Source of the DNA: Pirellulales bacterium
GTDB taxonomy: Bacteria; Planctomycetota; Planctomycetia; Pirellulales; UBA1268
Reading direction: 5' to 3'
DNA length: 64,000 nt
Assembly: GCA_044336985.1 (NCBI GenBank)
Contig: JBIIOK010000001.1
Location: forward strand, 4,998-68,997
The position numbers were made by a program, and so were the translations under genes. The notes beneath the pieces were generated by a model. That model worked only from the letters and a program-made list of their open reading frames with translations, was not told where the DNA came from and searched no databases. Shown piece after piece: positions 25,101-35,800 of this stretch (the first letter of the stretch is position 1; each line of letters opens with the position of its first letter).

Positions 25101-25441
25101 GCGATCTTCACCCTCCGCAGCGACTGCAGAAACGCCGACTCGGCAGCCGTGAGCCGATCCGGGTCGAGCACGACGACGTCGAGCCGTTCCTCGCAGTGCA
25201 AGAAGAAACGGTTGCTCACCCGTCGGGCCGTCTCGAAACGCGGTGCGGCGGACAGGATCAGCAGGTCGATGTCACCGCCGCGACTCGACGGGTCGGTTCG
25301 CGAGCCGAACAGTTCGACGGACCCCGCCGCGACCCCATCGATCGCCGCTGCCAGCGCTGCCGCTTCGGCGTTGTCGAGCCTCACGAGCCCCAGCGATCGC
25401 AGGTGCGCGAGCGATTTTTCGCAGGTGACGGCGGCCGACAT
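25097..25441 (-). CDS. Minimal nucleotidyltransferase (MNT/MntA-like antitoxin)
   Basis: 114 aa with an ATG start. The motif VELFGSRTDPSSRGGDIDLLIL matches GS-x(n)-DxD. It has an ATGA overlap with the downstream HEPN gene. Confidence 0.85.
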   Translation of the reverse strand: MSAAVTCEKSLAHLRSLGLVRLDNAEAAALAAAIDGVAAGSVELFGSRTDPSSRGGDIDLLILSAAPRFETARRVSNRFFLHCEERLDVVVLDPDRLTAAESAFLQSLRRVKIA

Positions 25442-25703
25442 GGACGGTTTCCGGTGGGGCTAGATGGAGGTTGCGGAACCCATGGGGGATTTTATCCACG
25501 AAAGGGGTTTCCGCCGCGTGGCGGCCTTTCCGGACCGAGGATACACTACGCTCTGACCGGTTTTTAGGCGGCTGAACCGGTTGTTCCACACCCTGGTCGC
25601 GTAACGGATTTCCTCCCTTTGCCATATATCCGGTGAGCGGATGGCCCAGCGGGCCGCCGCAGACCGGTTCACGATCCCCTCGCGATCCAGGAAGATTCGC
25701 ACC

Positions 25704-27464
25704 ATGAGGAACCTGCGGATGATCTTCGTGCTGGCGGCAATCGTCGCCGGCCTCGACGGCGGCTTTGTCCGGGCCCAGGAGACGAGCCTCTCGCAGGAGG
25801 AGCGGGCGAAGCTCGACACCTTCGAGGGAGTGTCGATCGACAGGGCCGACAAGGTCTTCGTGGCCAAGGAATGGCCGCGGGCCGTGGCCGAATACGACGC
25901 CTTCATCGTCCAGTTTCCGGAATCGAAGGTGACGCCCTATGCGATCCTGCGGAAGGCCCGCTCGCTGCAGGAGGCCCAGAAGCGGTTCGAGGCGATCAAG
26001 GTCTACCAGGAGGTGATCGACTTCTTTCCCGACGACGTGAAATATGCCGCGGCTGCCCTCTTCCGGATCGGCGAATGCCACATGCAAAGCGGCGACGTGC
26101 CGAAGGCGATGAAGGCCTGGTTCGAGCTTTCCGAAGACGCCGACTACGTGAAGGAGCCGCTCGGTGCCGCCGCCCTCAACGGCCTCGCCGAGAATCTCAT
26201 CAAGCAGGACAAGCCCGACGAGGGGATCAAGCGGTTCGAGCAGGTGGCCGTCGAATTCCGTACGAGGAACGTCGAAGCCGCGCAGGCGGCGATCGCCAGA
26301 GTCGTGCCCTACCACATCCGCACGAAGCCCGACAACAAGAAGCTTCGCGACTTCTACGTGGCCGTGAAGTGTTTCGATTGGAGCGCGCGGGAACCTGGGG
26401 CCAACGTGGCCACCGATGAAGGCTACTGGGCCATGGTGCGCGACCAGATCGAGAAGAATGACAAGTTCACCGACCTGCAGAAGGCGGAGCGGGAGTCGTT
26501 CTACCGCTACTGGGCCGGCCAATTGCAGACGGCCCTCAAGACGAACGACGACCAGCAGATCGCGGTGGCCAACTACATCCGCGCGGCCGACCGCGACGCC
26601 GCCGCCTGGGCGCAGCGGCTCGACAAGCAGTTCGCCGACCACCAGAAGGAGGGCGACTTCCGCCGGATCGGCCGGTGGGTGGGCCTCTTCGCGGCCGAAA
26701 AGGCGAAGGCCGACGAATACTACCGCAAGCTCGACTTCGCCAAGATGAGCAACGCCGACATCCTCGCAATGGTCTACGCCATCGTCGAGAACAAGGGCGA
26801 CACCGGGCTCGCCGGCAACACGTTCGGCAAGCTGAAGCTCGCCGAGATGCCCGATGGCGAAAAGCAAAAGATCTGCGACTGGATGCGGGAACGCTGGCAC
26901 TTGCCCGGCACCCGCGACCTCGCCCTCCGGGCATGCCAGGGATTCAGCGACTCGAGCAAGGGCAAGATGGCCGCCCTCCGCTACCTCCACTGGCGGTGCA
27001 CACCCCATCACCTTCCCACCCGCGGGCCCGAAGACATCAAGGAGGGCCTCGCGATCGCCGGTGAGATGCAGAAGGTGCCCGACACGGCGAAGGAGGCCTT
27101 CGTTCTCGGCGGCAACCTGCTCCAGTGGACGGGCAAGTACGAGGAGGCGATCAAGGACTACCAGCAGGCCGACAGCCCGCCGCAGACGCTCTTCTGGACG
27201 GCCGAATGCCTGGCGAAGCTCGGCAAGCTCGAGCCGGCCGTCTCGCAGCTGAAGGAAGTCGAGAACTTCTTCAAGGACCGGGCCCCCGCGGCGTCGCTCG
27301 CCGTCGCCTACCTCTACCGCGACGCCGGCATCAAGGAAAAATACGTGCGCTCGCTCCGCGGGGTGCTCAAGCGGTATCCCAAGAGCGGCGAATCGAGCCA
27401 GGCGCACCAGCGTCTGGAGGAAATGGGGCTCCCGATCGGAGGCGGCGTCGATGCGGAGGAATGA
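25704..27464 (+). CDS. Exported TPR protein 1 (YbgF/BamD-like TPR repeats)
   Basis: The track ORF starts at 25641. The ATG at 25704 follows AGGAAG and gives the signal peptide MRNLRMIFVLAAIVAGLDGGFVRAQE. TPR-like units include WPRAVAEYDAFIVQFPESKVTPYAILRKARSL, FPDDVKYAAAALFRIGECHMQSGDVPKAMKAW and others. Confidence 0.8.
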   Translation: MRNLRMIFVLAAIVAGLDGGFVRAQETSLSQEERAKLDTFEGVSIDRADKVFVAKEWPRAVAEYDAFIVQFPESKVTPYAILRKARSLQEAQKRFEAIKVYQEVIDFFPDDVKYAAAALFRIGECHMQSGDVPKAMKAWFELSEDADYVKEPLGAAALNGLAENLIKQDKPDEGIKRFEQVAVEFRTRNVEAAQAAIARVVPYHIRTKPDNKKLRDFYVAVKCFDWSAREPGANVATDEGYWAMVRDQIEKNDKFTDLQKAERESFYRYWAGQLQTALKTNDDQQIAVANYIRAADRDAAAWAQRLDKQFADHQKEGDFRRIGRWVGLFAAEKAKADEYYRKLDFAKMSNADILAMVYAIVENKGDTGLAGNTFGKLKLAEMPDGEKQKICDWMRERWHLPGTRDLALRACQGFSDSSKGKMAALRYLHWRCTPHHLPTRGPEDIKEGLAIAGEMQKVPDTAKEAFVLGGNLLQWTGKYEEAIKDYQQADSPPQTLFWTAECLAKLGKLEPAVSQLKEVENFFKDRAPAASLAVAYLYRDAGIKEKYVRSLRGVLKRYPKSGESSQAHQRLEEMGLPIGGGVDAEE

Positions 27465-27465
27465 C

Positions 27466-29829
27466 ATGCCGAGAATTCAAATGACGACTCTGCGACCCGG
27501 CGTGCTGGCGATCGCGATCGCGGCGACGTTGGTTTTGCCGCAGGCGGCCGAAGCGCAGCGGCCGCGGCGGACCCGCGGCGAGGCGGCGCAGGGTCAGGGG
27601 CAGGGGCAGGCCGAGGGGGGCAAGCAAGGCGATGGCGGCAACTACGCCGCCTTCCAACTGCTCCGCAAGGGTCAGGAACTGCTCGACGCCGGCGAGCACG
27701 ATCGCGGGGCCAAGATCCTGGAGACGATCGTCGAGCAGTATCCGGCCGACCCGATCCGGTTCCGGGCCTACCTCGCGCTCGGCAAGCATGCGCTCTCCCG
27801 CAGCCAGCAGATGGAGGCGATCGGCTACCTCCGCAACCTCAAGGCCCTCGAGCAGCCGGGCAAGGAACTGGAAGGGGAAGACCGCGAGTTGTTCCTCGAG
27901 GGGCTCTACCTGCAGGGCATGGCCTACTTCCAGACCCGGCAATACGCCCAGGCCTTCCCGTTCCTCCGCCGGATCACCAACGACTTCCCCAATACCGTCT
28001 GGGCCAACCAGTCGTACTACTACATCGGCATGTGCCACTTCGCGCAGGGCAACTGGAACAAGGCGATCGAGGCCCTCGGGCTCGTCGGCACGTTCGTCGA
28101 CGACACCGGCGACGAGCTTGAAAACGCCGAGGCTGGCCGGCGGTTCTACGTCAAGATCCACGACACCGACCTGCCCGTGCTCGCCAATCTCGGCGAGGAT
28201 GTGAAGGTGACGATCACCTCCAAGAGCGGCGACACGGAGACGGTCTCGCTCGTGCCGCTGCCCGGCGACGAGCACGCGTCGCTCGGCTCGGTCGCGACGG
28301 CGCTTGGCAAGGCCGTCCCCGGCGACGGCACGCTGCAGGTGATCGGCGGCGACACGATCAGCACGTCGTACGTCGACGGCAACACGCTCGAGGGCAAGAA
28401 GGACGTCGCCCGTTCGCGGGAGGTGCGGGTCGTGGGCACCGGCGCCGTGGCCTTCACCCGCGGCGACCTGGAGTCGCCCGCCGACGCGGCCTTTCCTGGC
28501 CAGCCGGTCTTCATCGTCGTCTCCGACGCCGACCTCGACCTTTCCGACGCCGCCGACACGGCGACCGTCCGGGTGATGGCCCGGTTCAAGGAGGAGGAAG
28601 AGGACGAAGGCTCGACCGCCACGGGCGTCAATCTCGAAAAGCTCCTCCGGGCCGAGGAGGATCGCTGGCGGACCCGCGACGAGATCACGATCCCGCTCAC
28701 CGAATTCGTGCCGGCGGCCGAGGGGAAAGCGCAGGCCGCGGGGCCGGTGCACTCCGGCCGTTTCCGCGGCCAGTTTTCGCTCGGCAAGTTCGTCGAGGAT
28801 CAGCCCGTCGACCAGGCCGATCAGATGCTCACCGTCGCCCTCGGCGACGAGGTCGTGGCGACGTTCACCGACGAGCGTCACATCGCCGGCACGGCGCCGC
28901 GGACGGCCTCGTCGACGATCCTCGTCGGCAGCGAGATCGACAGCCGCCCACGGGCCGTGCAGTATGAGGTCGCCGATCCGGTGGTGGCGGCGAAGAAGAG
29001 CCTCGTCGAGGCGGAGGCCTTCCTCGAACTCGGACGCATCTTCCGGGCGATGGGCCTGGTGAAGGGGGCGAAGGAGAAAGTGGACGAGGGGCTCACGCGG
29101 ATCGAGCCGATCATCCGGCAGTCGGGGGCGATCCCTGCCGGGCTCACCGAGCAGGCCTTCCGCAACAAGTGGGATCTCCACATCACCGCCGGCGACTACG
29201 AGGCGGCGATCAAGACCTGCGAACTGTTCAACAAGCTTTACCCCGAATCGCCGTTCGTCGACCAGGCGCTCCTCCAGATCGGCCGCATCAAGGAGGAGCA
29301 GCGGGATTCACAGGGCGCGATCGCCGTCTACCGCCGGATCCTCGCCCTCAAGGCCTCGCAGATCAAGGCGGAGGCCCAGTATCGGATCGCACGGGCGATC
29401 GAAGCGGAGGTGGGCAAGGACGGCCAGCCCCTGCTGGGGGCGGGCGAACGGGCGATCATCGAATACAAGTCCTGCGCCGAGCGGTATCCCGACAGCCCCT
29501 ATGCAGGCGAGTCGCTCGGCAAGCTGATCGACTACCACATCGACAAGAAGGACAACGCCGCCGCGAGCGAGCTGCTCGAACAGGTCTTCCAGGATTACCC
29601 CGACGCGCAGTTCCTCGACAAGATGCTGCTCAAGTGGGTGATGGTCGCCTACCGGATGGGCGACGTGCAGAAGGCCCACGAGAAGTGCGAGCAGTTGCTC
29701 TTCGAATACCCCGCGAGCCCGTCTGCCGAGAAGGGCCGGGCGATCATGCCGAAGATCCAGGCCAAGCTGAAGCCGGCCGGCGGCGGCGAGACGGCGCAGG
29801 CCGACTCCGGAACCAAGTCTGAAAACTGA
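27466..29829 (+). CDS. Exported TPR protein 2 with two internal beta-rich modules
   Basis: Alternative starts are at 27451 and 27481. The ATG at 27466 follows GGAGGA. Signal peptide: ...TTLRPGVLAIAIAATLVLPQAAEA. YbgF-like TPRs: QYPADPIRFRAYLALG, DFPNTVWANQSYYYIGMCHF, LYPESPFVDQALLQIG, RYPDSPYAGESLGKL, DYPDAQFLDKMLLKW, EYPASPSAEKG. Two DxD...SGxF modules are described in the findings. Confidence 0.8.
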   Translation: MPRIQMTTLRPGVLAIAIAATLVLPQAAEAQRPRRTRGEAAQGQGQGQAEGGKQGDGGNYAAFQLLRKGQELLDAGEHDRGAKILETIVEQYPADPIRFRAYLALGKHALSRSQQMEAIGYLRNLKALEQPGKELEGEDRELFLEGLYLQGMAYFQTRQYAQAFPFLRRITNDFPNTVWANQSYYYIGMCHFAQGNWNKAIEALGLVGTFVDDTGDELENAEAGRRFYVKIHDTDLPVLANLGEDVKVTITSKSGDTETVSLVPLPGDEHASLGSVATALGKAVPGDGTLQVIGGDTISTSYVDGNTLEGKKDVARSREVRVVGTGAVAFTRGDLESPADAAFPGQPVFIVVSDADLDLSDAADTATVRVMARFKEEEEDEGSTATGVNLEKLLRAEEDRWRTRDEITIPLTEFVPAAEGKAQAAGPVHSGRFRGQFSLGKFVEDQPVDQADQMLTVALGDEVVATFTDERHIAGTAPRTASSTILVGSEIDSRPRAVQYEVADPVVAAKKSLVEAEAFLELGRIFRAMGLVKGAKEKVDEGLTRIEPIIRQSGAIPAGLTEQAFRNKWDLHITAGDYEAAIKTCELFNKLYPESPFVDQALLQIGRIKEEQRDSQGAIAVYRRILALKASQIKAEAQYRIARAIEAEVGKDGQPLLGAGERAIIEYKSCAERYPDSPYAGESLGKLIDYHIDKKDNAAASELLEQVFQDYPDAQFLDKMLLKWVMVAYRMGDVQKAHEKCEQLLFEYPASPSAEKGRAIMPKIQAKLKPAGGGETAQADSGTKSEN

Positions 29830-29859
29830 ACACGATTCACCGTGGAGGACTTCCGAATC

Positions 29860-32800
29860 ATGAACGCCACCATCCTTCGCTTCGCGATCGCCGCCTGCCT
29901 CTTGGCGGCGCCTGCGGTCCGTGCGGCCGAGCCGCAGCCGGCGAAGCTCTCCCCCGATGCGGCCGAGCCGCAGGTCGTGGAATTTCTCACGAAGGCCGGC
30001 GAAGCCGGCGACGCCTACGCCGCCAACATCGCCCTCAAGGCCTGGCTCGCCCGTCATCCGTCGCCGGCGCCTGCCGTGCTCCTCGCCGCGGGCGACACGG
30101 CCCGGGCCGCGGGCGACCTGCAAGCCGCCGCCTCGCTCTACAAGCGCTGGATCGCGACAGCGCCGGCCGACGAGGCCCGCAGCCGCGTGGCGGCGCGGCT
30201 CTACGAGATCCTCGCGGGCTCTCTGCAGAGCAACGACGATGCCTATTCCTTTTTCGTCCGGAACGGCTTCGAGCTGCGGCAGTCGCTCGAGGCGCGGCAG
30301 TTCGACCTTTGGTTTTTGGAGCAGGCCCAGGCCCGCAAGGATCCGGTCACGGCCGCGCAGATCCTTGCTACGGTGATGTCCGAGAAACTGCCCCTCGAAC
30401 TCGAGCGGAATCTCTACTGGGACCTCCTCGACTGGACGATGGGCGAATTGGCCAGGGCCACGCCCGACAGGCACGCCGCGGCGCCGGCCGCGCGACAGAT
30501 CGTGGGCCTGGTGCGGGAGAGCCCGGCCCGGGCCGCCCGTTACGGCTTCATCACCGCGTGGCTCGAGTTCCAGGCGGCGGTCGCGGGGAAGGATGCGGCG
30601 GCACAGGCGGCAGCGTTCGCCCCGGTGGCCACCGCGGCCGCGGCCTACGTCGACGCCGCGCCCACGAACGCCGTGCTCAACGACATTCTCAACGCGTTCT
30701 TCTGCGGCACCAACGGCCACCAGGCCTGGCAGACGATCGGCGGGCCGATCACCGGCCTGTGGACCGCGTCGTTCGAGAAATTGCCCGACGACGAGAAGGC
30801 GAAGGCGATCAACGGCTGGAACGGCTGGTGGAACTTCCAGGCCTCGCCGGAGCAGTGGGTCGAACTCGGTGCGAAGTATCCCGCCGTGTTTCAGAAGGCG
30901 GTCGGCACCCGCACGCTGCCGCTGCTCGTCAGCAAGCCCGACCCGGCCGTGTTTGCCAAGCAGGCGACGTTTCTGTCGGGCGTGACCTCCGACGCCGCGA
31001 AGGTCGTCAATGCCGTGGTCGCGACGAAGGGCACGGATCTTCCCGCGGGCCTCAGGCATCTCTCGCAGGCCGAGAGCTGGCATGGCGAATTCGTCTCCAC
31101 GTGGGGGGCGGCCGGCCAGCTGTGGAACATCTACCGCTCGTTCCCGCGGCAGCCGGCCGCGAACGACGCCGACTGGCTCAAGGCGCTGGCGGCCTGGGCG
31201 CCCGAGGGGGTCTACCGCACGCCGATCGCCCTCTTCCAGCCCGACGCGGTCGCCAACTGCCTCACGGCGTCGCTCGTCGTGCTCCCGCAAGAAGACAAGT
31301 CGGCCTTCGCGGCAGAATTGCGGCGGCTCGACTGGGTGCCCTGGGACGAGAACGGCCGCAAGGCCGCGATCACGCCGGCCCATGCCGCCTTCAAGCAGTG
31401 GGCCGACCAGGTTCGCAACCAGCTCAAGGCCGCGCAGGGGGCGGCCAAGGCGGCCCCTGCCGACAAGGCCAGGGCCGAAGCGGTGGCGAAGTGGGAAAAG
31501 GCCGCCGGACAGATCGCGGCCTTGGAGGAGGAATTCAAGAAGGCGTTCGACGTGAACGTTCCTGCCTCCGCCGACTGGGCGAAGCTCGCCGATCCGCTGG
31601 CGATGCACCTGGGCCGCTGCGTGCAGGCGGCGCGGGAGAAGAAGGCCGATGCCTACGTCGCCGGCGGACGCGAGGCCTACAAGCTCATCCGCGACTATTT
31701 CGACAAGAAGACCCCGTTTGGCGGCCCGGCGCTCAAGTGGCTGTTGGGCAGCGGTGCCACCGGCCTCGAGATCGCCGACTTCCAAGCCGAGGTGTTCGCC
31801 GACCAGATCGCACTGTGGCAGCCGGGCAAGCCGACTGCGGCCCTGAGTGCGATCGAGTATGCGCTGGTAAGCAACTTTTCCAACGTTCCCGCAGACCGCA
31901 AGAGCCAGGCTCTCAAGCTCAACGCCGCGATCGGCAAGGGAATCCTCGCGCAGCTGGAGAGGGGTCGATTCGAGCCCGTACTCTTCGGGTGGTTCCGCCA
32001 AACGAAGACGGGGGCGGGCTGGCGGGATCAGGAGGCCGGCAAGGAGGTGATGGCCAAACTCATCGACACGAAGGCGCTGCTCGTCCACAAGCAGTCCGTC
32101 GTCCATGCAAGCGCCACGGCCAGCTACCAGTACCTCGTGCGCAGCGAGTTCAATTCGCTTGCCAAGACCTATCCGCCCGAGACCTATTTCGACGACATGT
32201 TCGTCGAGGAGTCGAAGGCCAACGGCTGGCTCGACTGGGCCTTCTTCAACTACAGCCCAGATCAGAAGCAGAAGGCGGTGACGCTCGCCGCCGAGATGTT
32301 CGCCGGCTTCCCCGGCCTCGCCACGGGGCCCAACGCCCCGAAGCAATTCGACCGCCTGCCGCAAATGCTCGCGGCCGGTGACCCCCGCGTGGTCACTCGG
32401 CCGCCGACGTGGACCGTCGCCGACGTGAACAACTGGTACACCCGAACGCTCACCGCCCCGGCGGAGCCGCGGGCGAAGCTCGTCGCGGCGGTCGAGGGGG
32501 CCTGGGGCAAGACCCGCTTCGATAACGTTGCCATGGGCTATGCTTCGATCCCCGCCGATCCGGCGGCGATCGCGGCGGCGCCAGCCCGGGCCGAGTATTT
32601 CAAAAACGTCGCCACGCTTCTCGATCGCCGCACGAGTTATCCGGTGCGTTCGGCCGCCCCCTCGCTCGTCGCGCTCGTCCCCGTGCCGGCGGCGTCGTAC
32701 AGCGCCGAGGAACTGGCCGTCATCGCCAGGGTGTTCGACGCCCCGCAGCCGTCGAGCTGGCCGGGCGGCTCCGAGTGGTTCGGTCCCGCACTCGCCCTGG

Positions 32801-35800
32801 CCCTCCAGGCCGGTGGTCGCGAGGCAGACCTGCCGCGGGCCTTCCTCGAACTGTGGCGCATTCCACGGGAGTTGAACAACCCGAATGCCGCCAATGCTTT
32901 AGCGGCCATCCCGGCGGGCCTCGCGAGGGCGGGCAAGACCGGCGTCGCGGCCGCCATCGCCGAGAGCGGCATCCAAATGCTCGGCTCGTTCCTGCCCGAC
33001 GGCGCCCGCAGCCCCCTGGCGGCGATCCGCACCGACGCCCTGCTCGCGCTCGGCGGCGGCAACCCCCTCCCGCGGAACGATCCGCGCTGGCCGATCTACG
33101 AGGCGCAGCTGCAATTGGCCGCCGGCAAGCCGCAGGGAGCCTGGCAGCTCTACCAGGGCAATCCCGTCATCGCGACGCAGATCTACAAGGAGCTCAATCC
33201 CGAGTTCACGGCCTGGCTGATCCGTGAGAACACGGCGACCGGCAACTACGACCGCGCCCGCGAACTCGGCCAGCTCCTGCTGGCATGGACGGAGTCAGCG
33301 CCGGGCGTGCTCACGCCGGAGGCCCAGGCCGGCCTGCTCGTGGCCTATGCCGACATCGCGCTGGCCCGGCGGGAATACGCCCAGGCGCGGGCCCTCTACG
33401 AGCGGATCGCGGCGGCCAAGGAATTCGACGGCACGGCCGGCAAGTCCGACGCCGAACTGCGGGTGGCCGAGGTCGACCGGCTCACCCGCCAGTTCGACCG
33501 CGCCCGCGACCTGCTCCAGAAGCTCTCCCGCCGGCCCGACCGCCTGCTCCAGGCCGAGGCGCTCTATCAATTGGCACTCTTGAAGGCCGACCAGGAGGAG
33601 ATCGAGGAGGCGGCCGGCTTCCTCCAGGAGGTGTTCACCCGCGTGCCCAACCACGTCGGCGGCCGAATCCTCGAGGGCAAGCTCAACCTCCTGCGGCGCA
33701 AGTACGACGTCGCCGCGAAGGTGAAGCTCGGCGTGCTCGGCGACAAGAAGTTCCTCATCCCGGGCAAGCCGCTCGAGGTGGATCTCGAGGATCGCAACCT
33801 CGCCGTCGTCGGCAAGGCCGCGCAGATCGAGATCAAGGCCTGGACGGCCAGCGGCGACGAGGAGCGGTTCAACCTGTTCCCGTTCGGCGACTCGAAGACC
33901 CGGTTCACCGGCCAGGTTCCGACGCAGCTCGGGCCCCCCGCGAAGGGCGACCACGTCCTGCAGTTGGTGGGCGGCGACACCGTCCGCTACACGTTCGCCG
34001 AGTCGTTCACCGCGGGCAGCAAGACCGCCGTGGAGGAGCCGGCGGCGATGACGGTCGTCACCGACGCCGAGGTCTTCGCCTCCAGCGGCGCGATCCTCAC
34101 GAAGGAGGAGCTCGAGAACCGGGCGCTCGAGAAGATGATCCGCGCGAAACTCGAGCTCGAGTCGGGTGCGCCGCAGAGCACGGCCCTCGCCGCGACCCGC
34201 AGCGAAGACCAGGTCAAGCCCGGCAACCCGGTGAACATCCGGGTCGTCGATCCGGATCGCGGCACGACGCCCCAAGCCGACACGATCGACGTGCGAGCCA
34301 CGACCGCCAGCGGCGACAGCCTCCAGGTGAAACTCACGGAGACGGGCCCCTACACGGGCATCTTCGAGGGTCGGGTGCCGACCGGTTCCGGTCAGGCGAC
34401 GGCCTACGCATCGGATTCGACCGAGGGCAACGATCCCAACAACGTGATCGGCCCCGCCTCGGGCACGCCCTGGATCGGCCTGGCCGACAGCAAGCGGCCG
34501 AAGACGTTCGCCGTCGACCTCAACGACAACGTGGCGCTCGGCAAGATGACCGTCGCCGCCAACGTGCCCGGCCGCAAGCTCAAGGACGTGTACGTGCAGA
34601 CCTCGCTCAACGGCCGCGACTTCCGCACGGTCGGCCAATGGCGGGCCGACGGCAAGGCGACGTTCGTGCCGTGGGACGGCGGCCCGCGGGCGGAATTCGC
34701 GCGGATCGTCGGCCCGCCGACGCCGTTCAACACACCCGCACGTTTCGCCGACTACCTTGAAACTGGCCGACTGGCCTCGGGTTCGCCGCTGGTTCTGCCC
34801 AAGGTCGAATCGCTCGCGTTCGGCCCCTTGGACGGCAACCTGGGGGGATTGCACACGGCCATGGAACTCCAGGATTGGTACGTTGGCCACTGGGTGGCCG
34901 GCTTTGAGCTCGACAAGCCGCAGACGCGGTCGTTCACGCTCGACCCGAAGGGCAAGACCGGGAACATCAGCTATGTTTTCGCGATCGACGGCAAGGTGTC
35001 GGCCAACCCGCAGACGCCCCTGAAGATCGAGCGGGCCCTCACCAGGGGCGTGCATCGGATCGACGTCTACGCGCTGGCCCAACGGTATGCCGGCCTGAAC
35101 TTCGAGGTGCTCATCGACGCCCCCGAAGCCCCGTTCACCGCGTCGATCCCGAAGGAGACCTTCTCCATCGAGAAGCATCCGGCGATCGCCGATGCCTTCG
35201 GCACCGCCCCCGCCGAGATCAAGGCGAATGCCGACGGCTCCGCGCTGGAGGTGGCCTTCGCCAAGGGCTCACGGGCCCGCGTCGTGCGGCTCCTGCTCGC
35301 CGATTTCGAGACCGACGCGCCGGCGATCAACGCCATGACCCTCGTCGACGCCGACGGCAAGACGGTGCTGCCGACGCAGAAGAGCTTCCTCGACGTCGCC
35401 AAGAACGACGTGCTCGAGATCATCCCCGGGGACAAGCTCACGGTGCTCTACGAGGATCCGACGGTCATCACGAAGGAACGGGCGACGCAGGAGCGGTTCC
35501 TCACCGCCACGTTCACCAATGCCGAGGTCTCGGCCACGTTCGTCGAGTTTATCGAGCACAACGGCGAGCGCCGGGCCCGGTACGTGCCAATGCGGCGGTT
35601 CGCGCCGGGCGACACGGTGAAAGTGTTCATCGGCGACCCCGACATGGACGTCTCGCCCGAGGCCGACCGCGTGAGCTTCACGGTGAAGGCCGGCCGCGGT
35701 GAGCCGATCACCGTCGAGGCGCTCGAGACGGAGCCCCATTCGGGCATCTTCATCGGCACGGTCTTTCCGGTGGCCGGGGAGCCCGCGCGAAAAACCGAAC

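Noticed and set aside
25554-25669. Three copies of (A/G)ACCGGTT (25554-25562, 25573-25582, 25662-25669) upstream of the Tol-like operon, as possible operator sites.
   Set aside because: The motif is only 7-8 nt, is itself a simple palindrome, and is expected by chance in GC-rich DNA. I have no supporting spacing or conservation evidence. I note it only as something to revisit if a regulator is identified.
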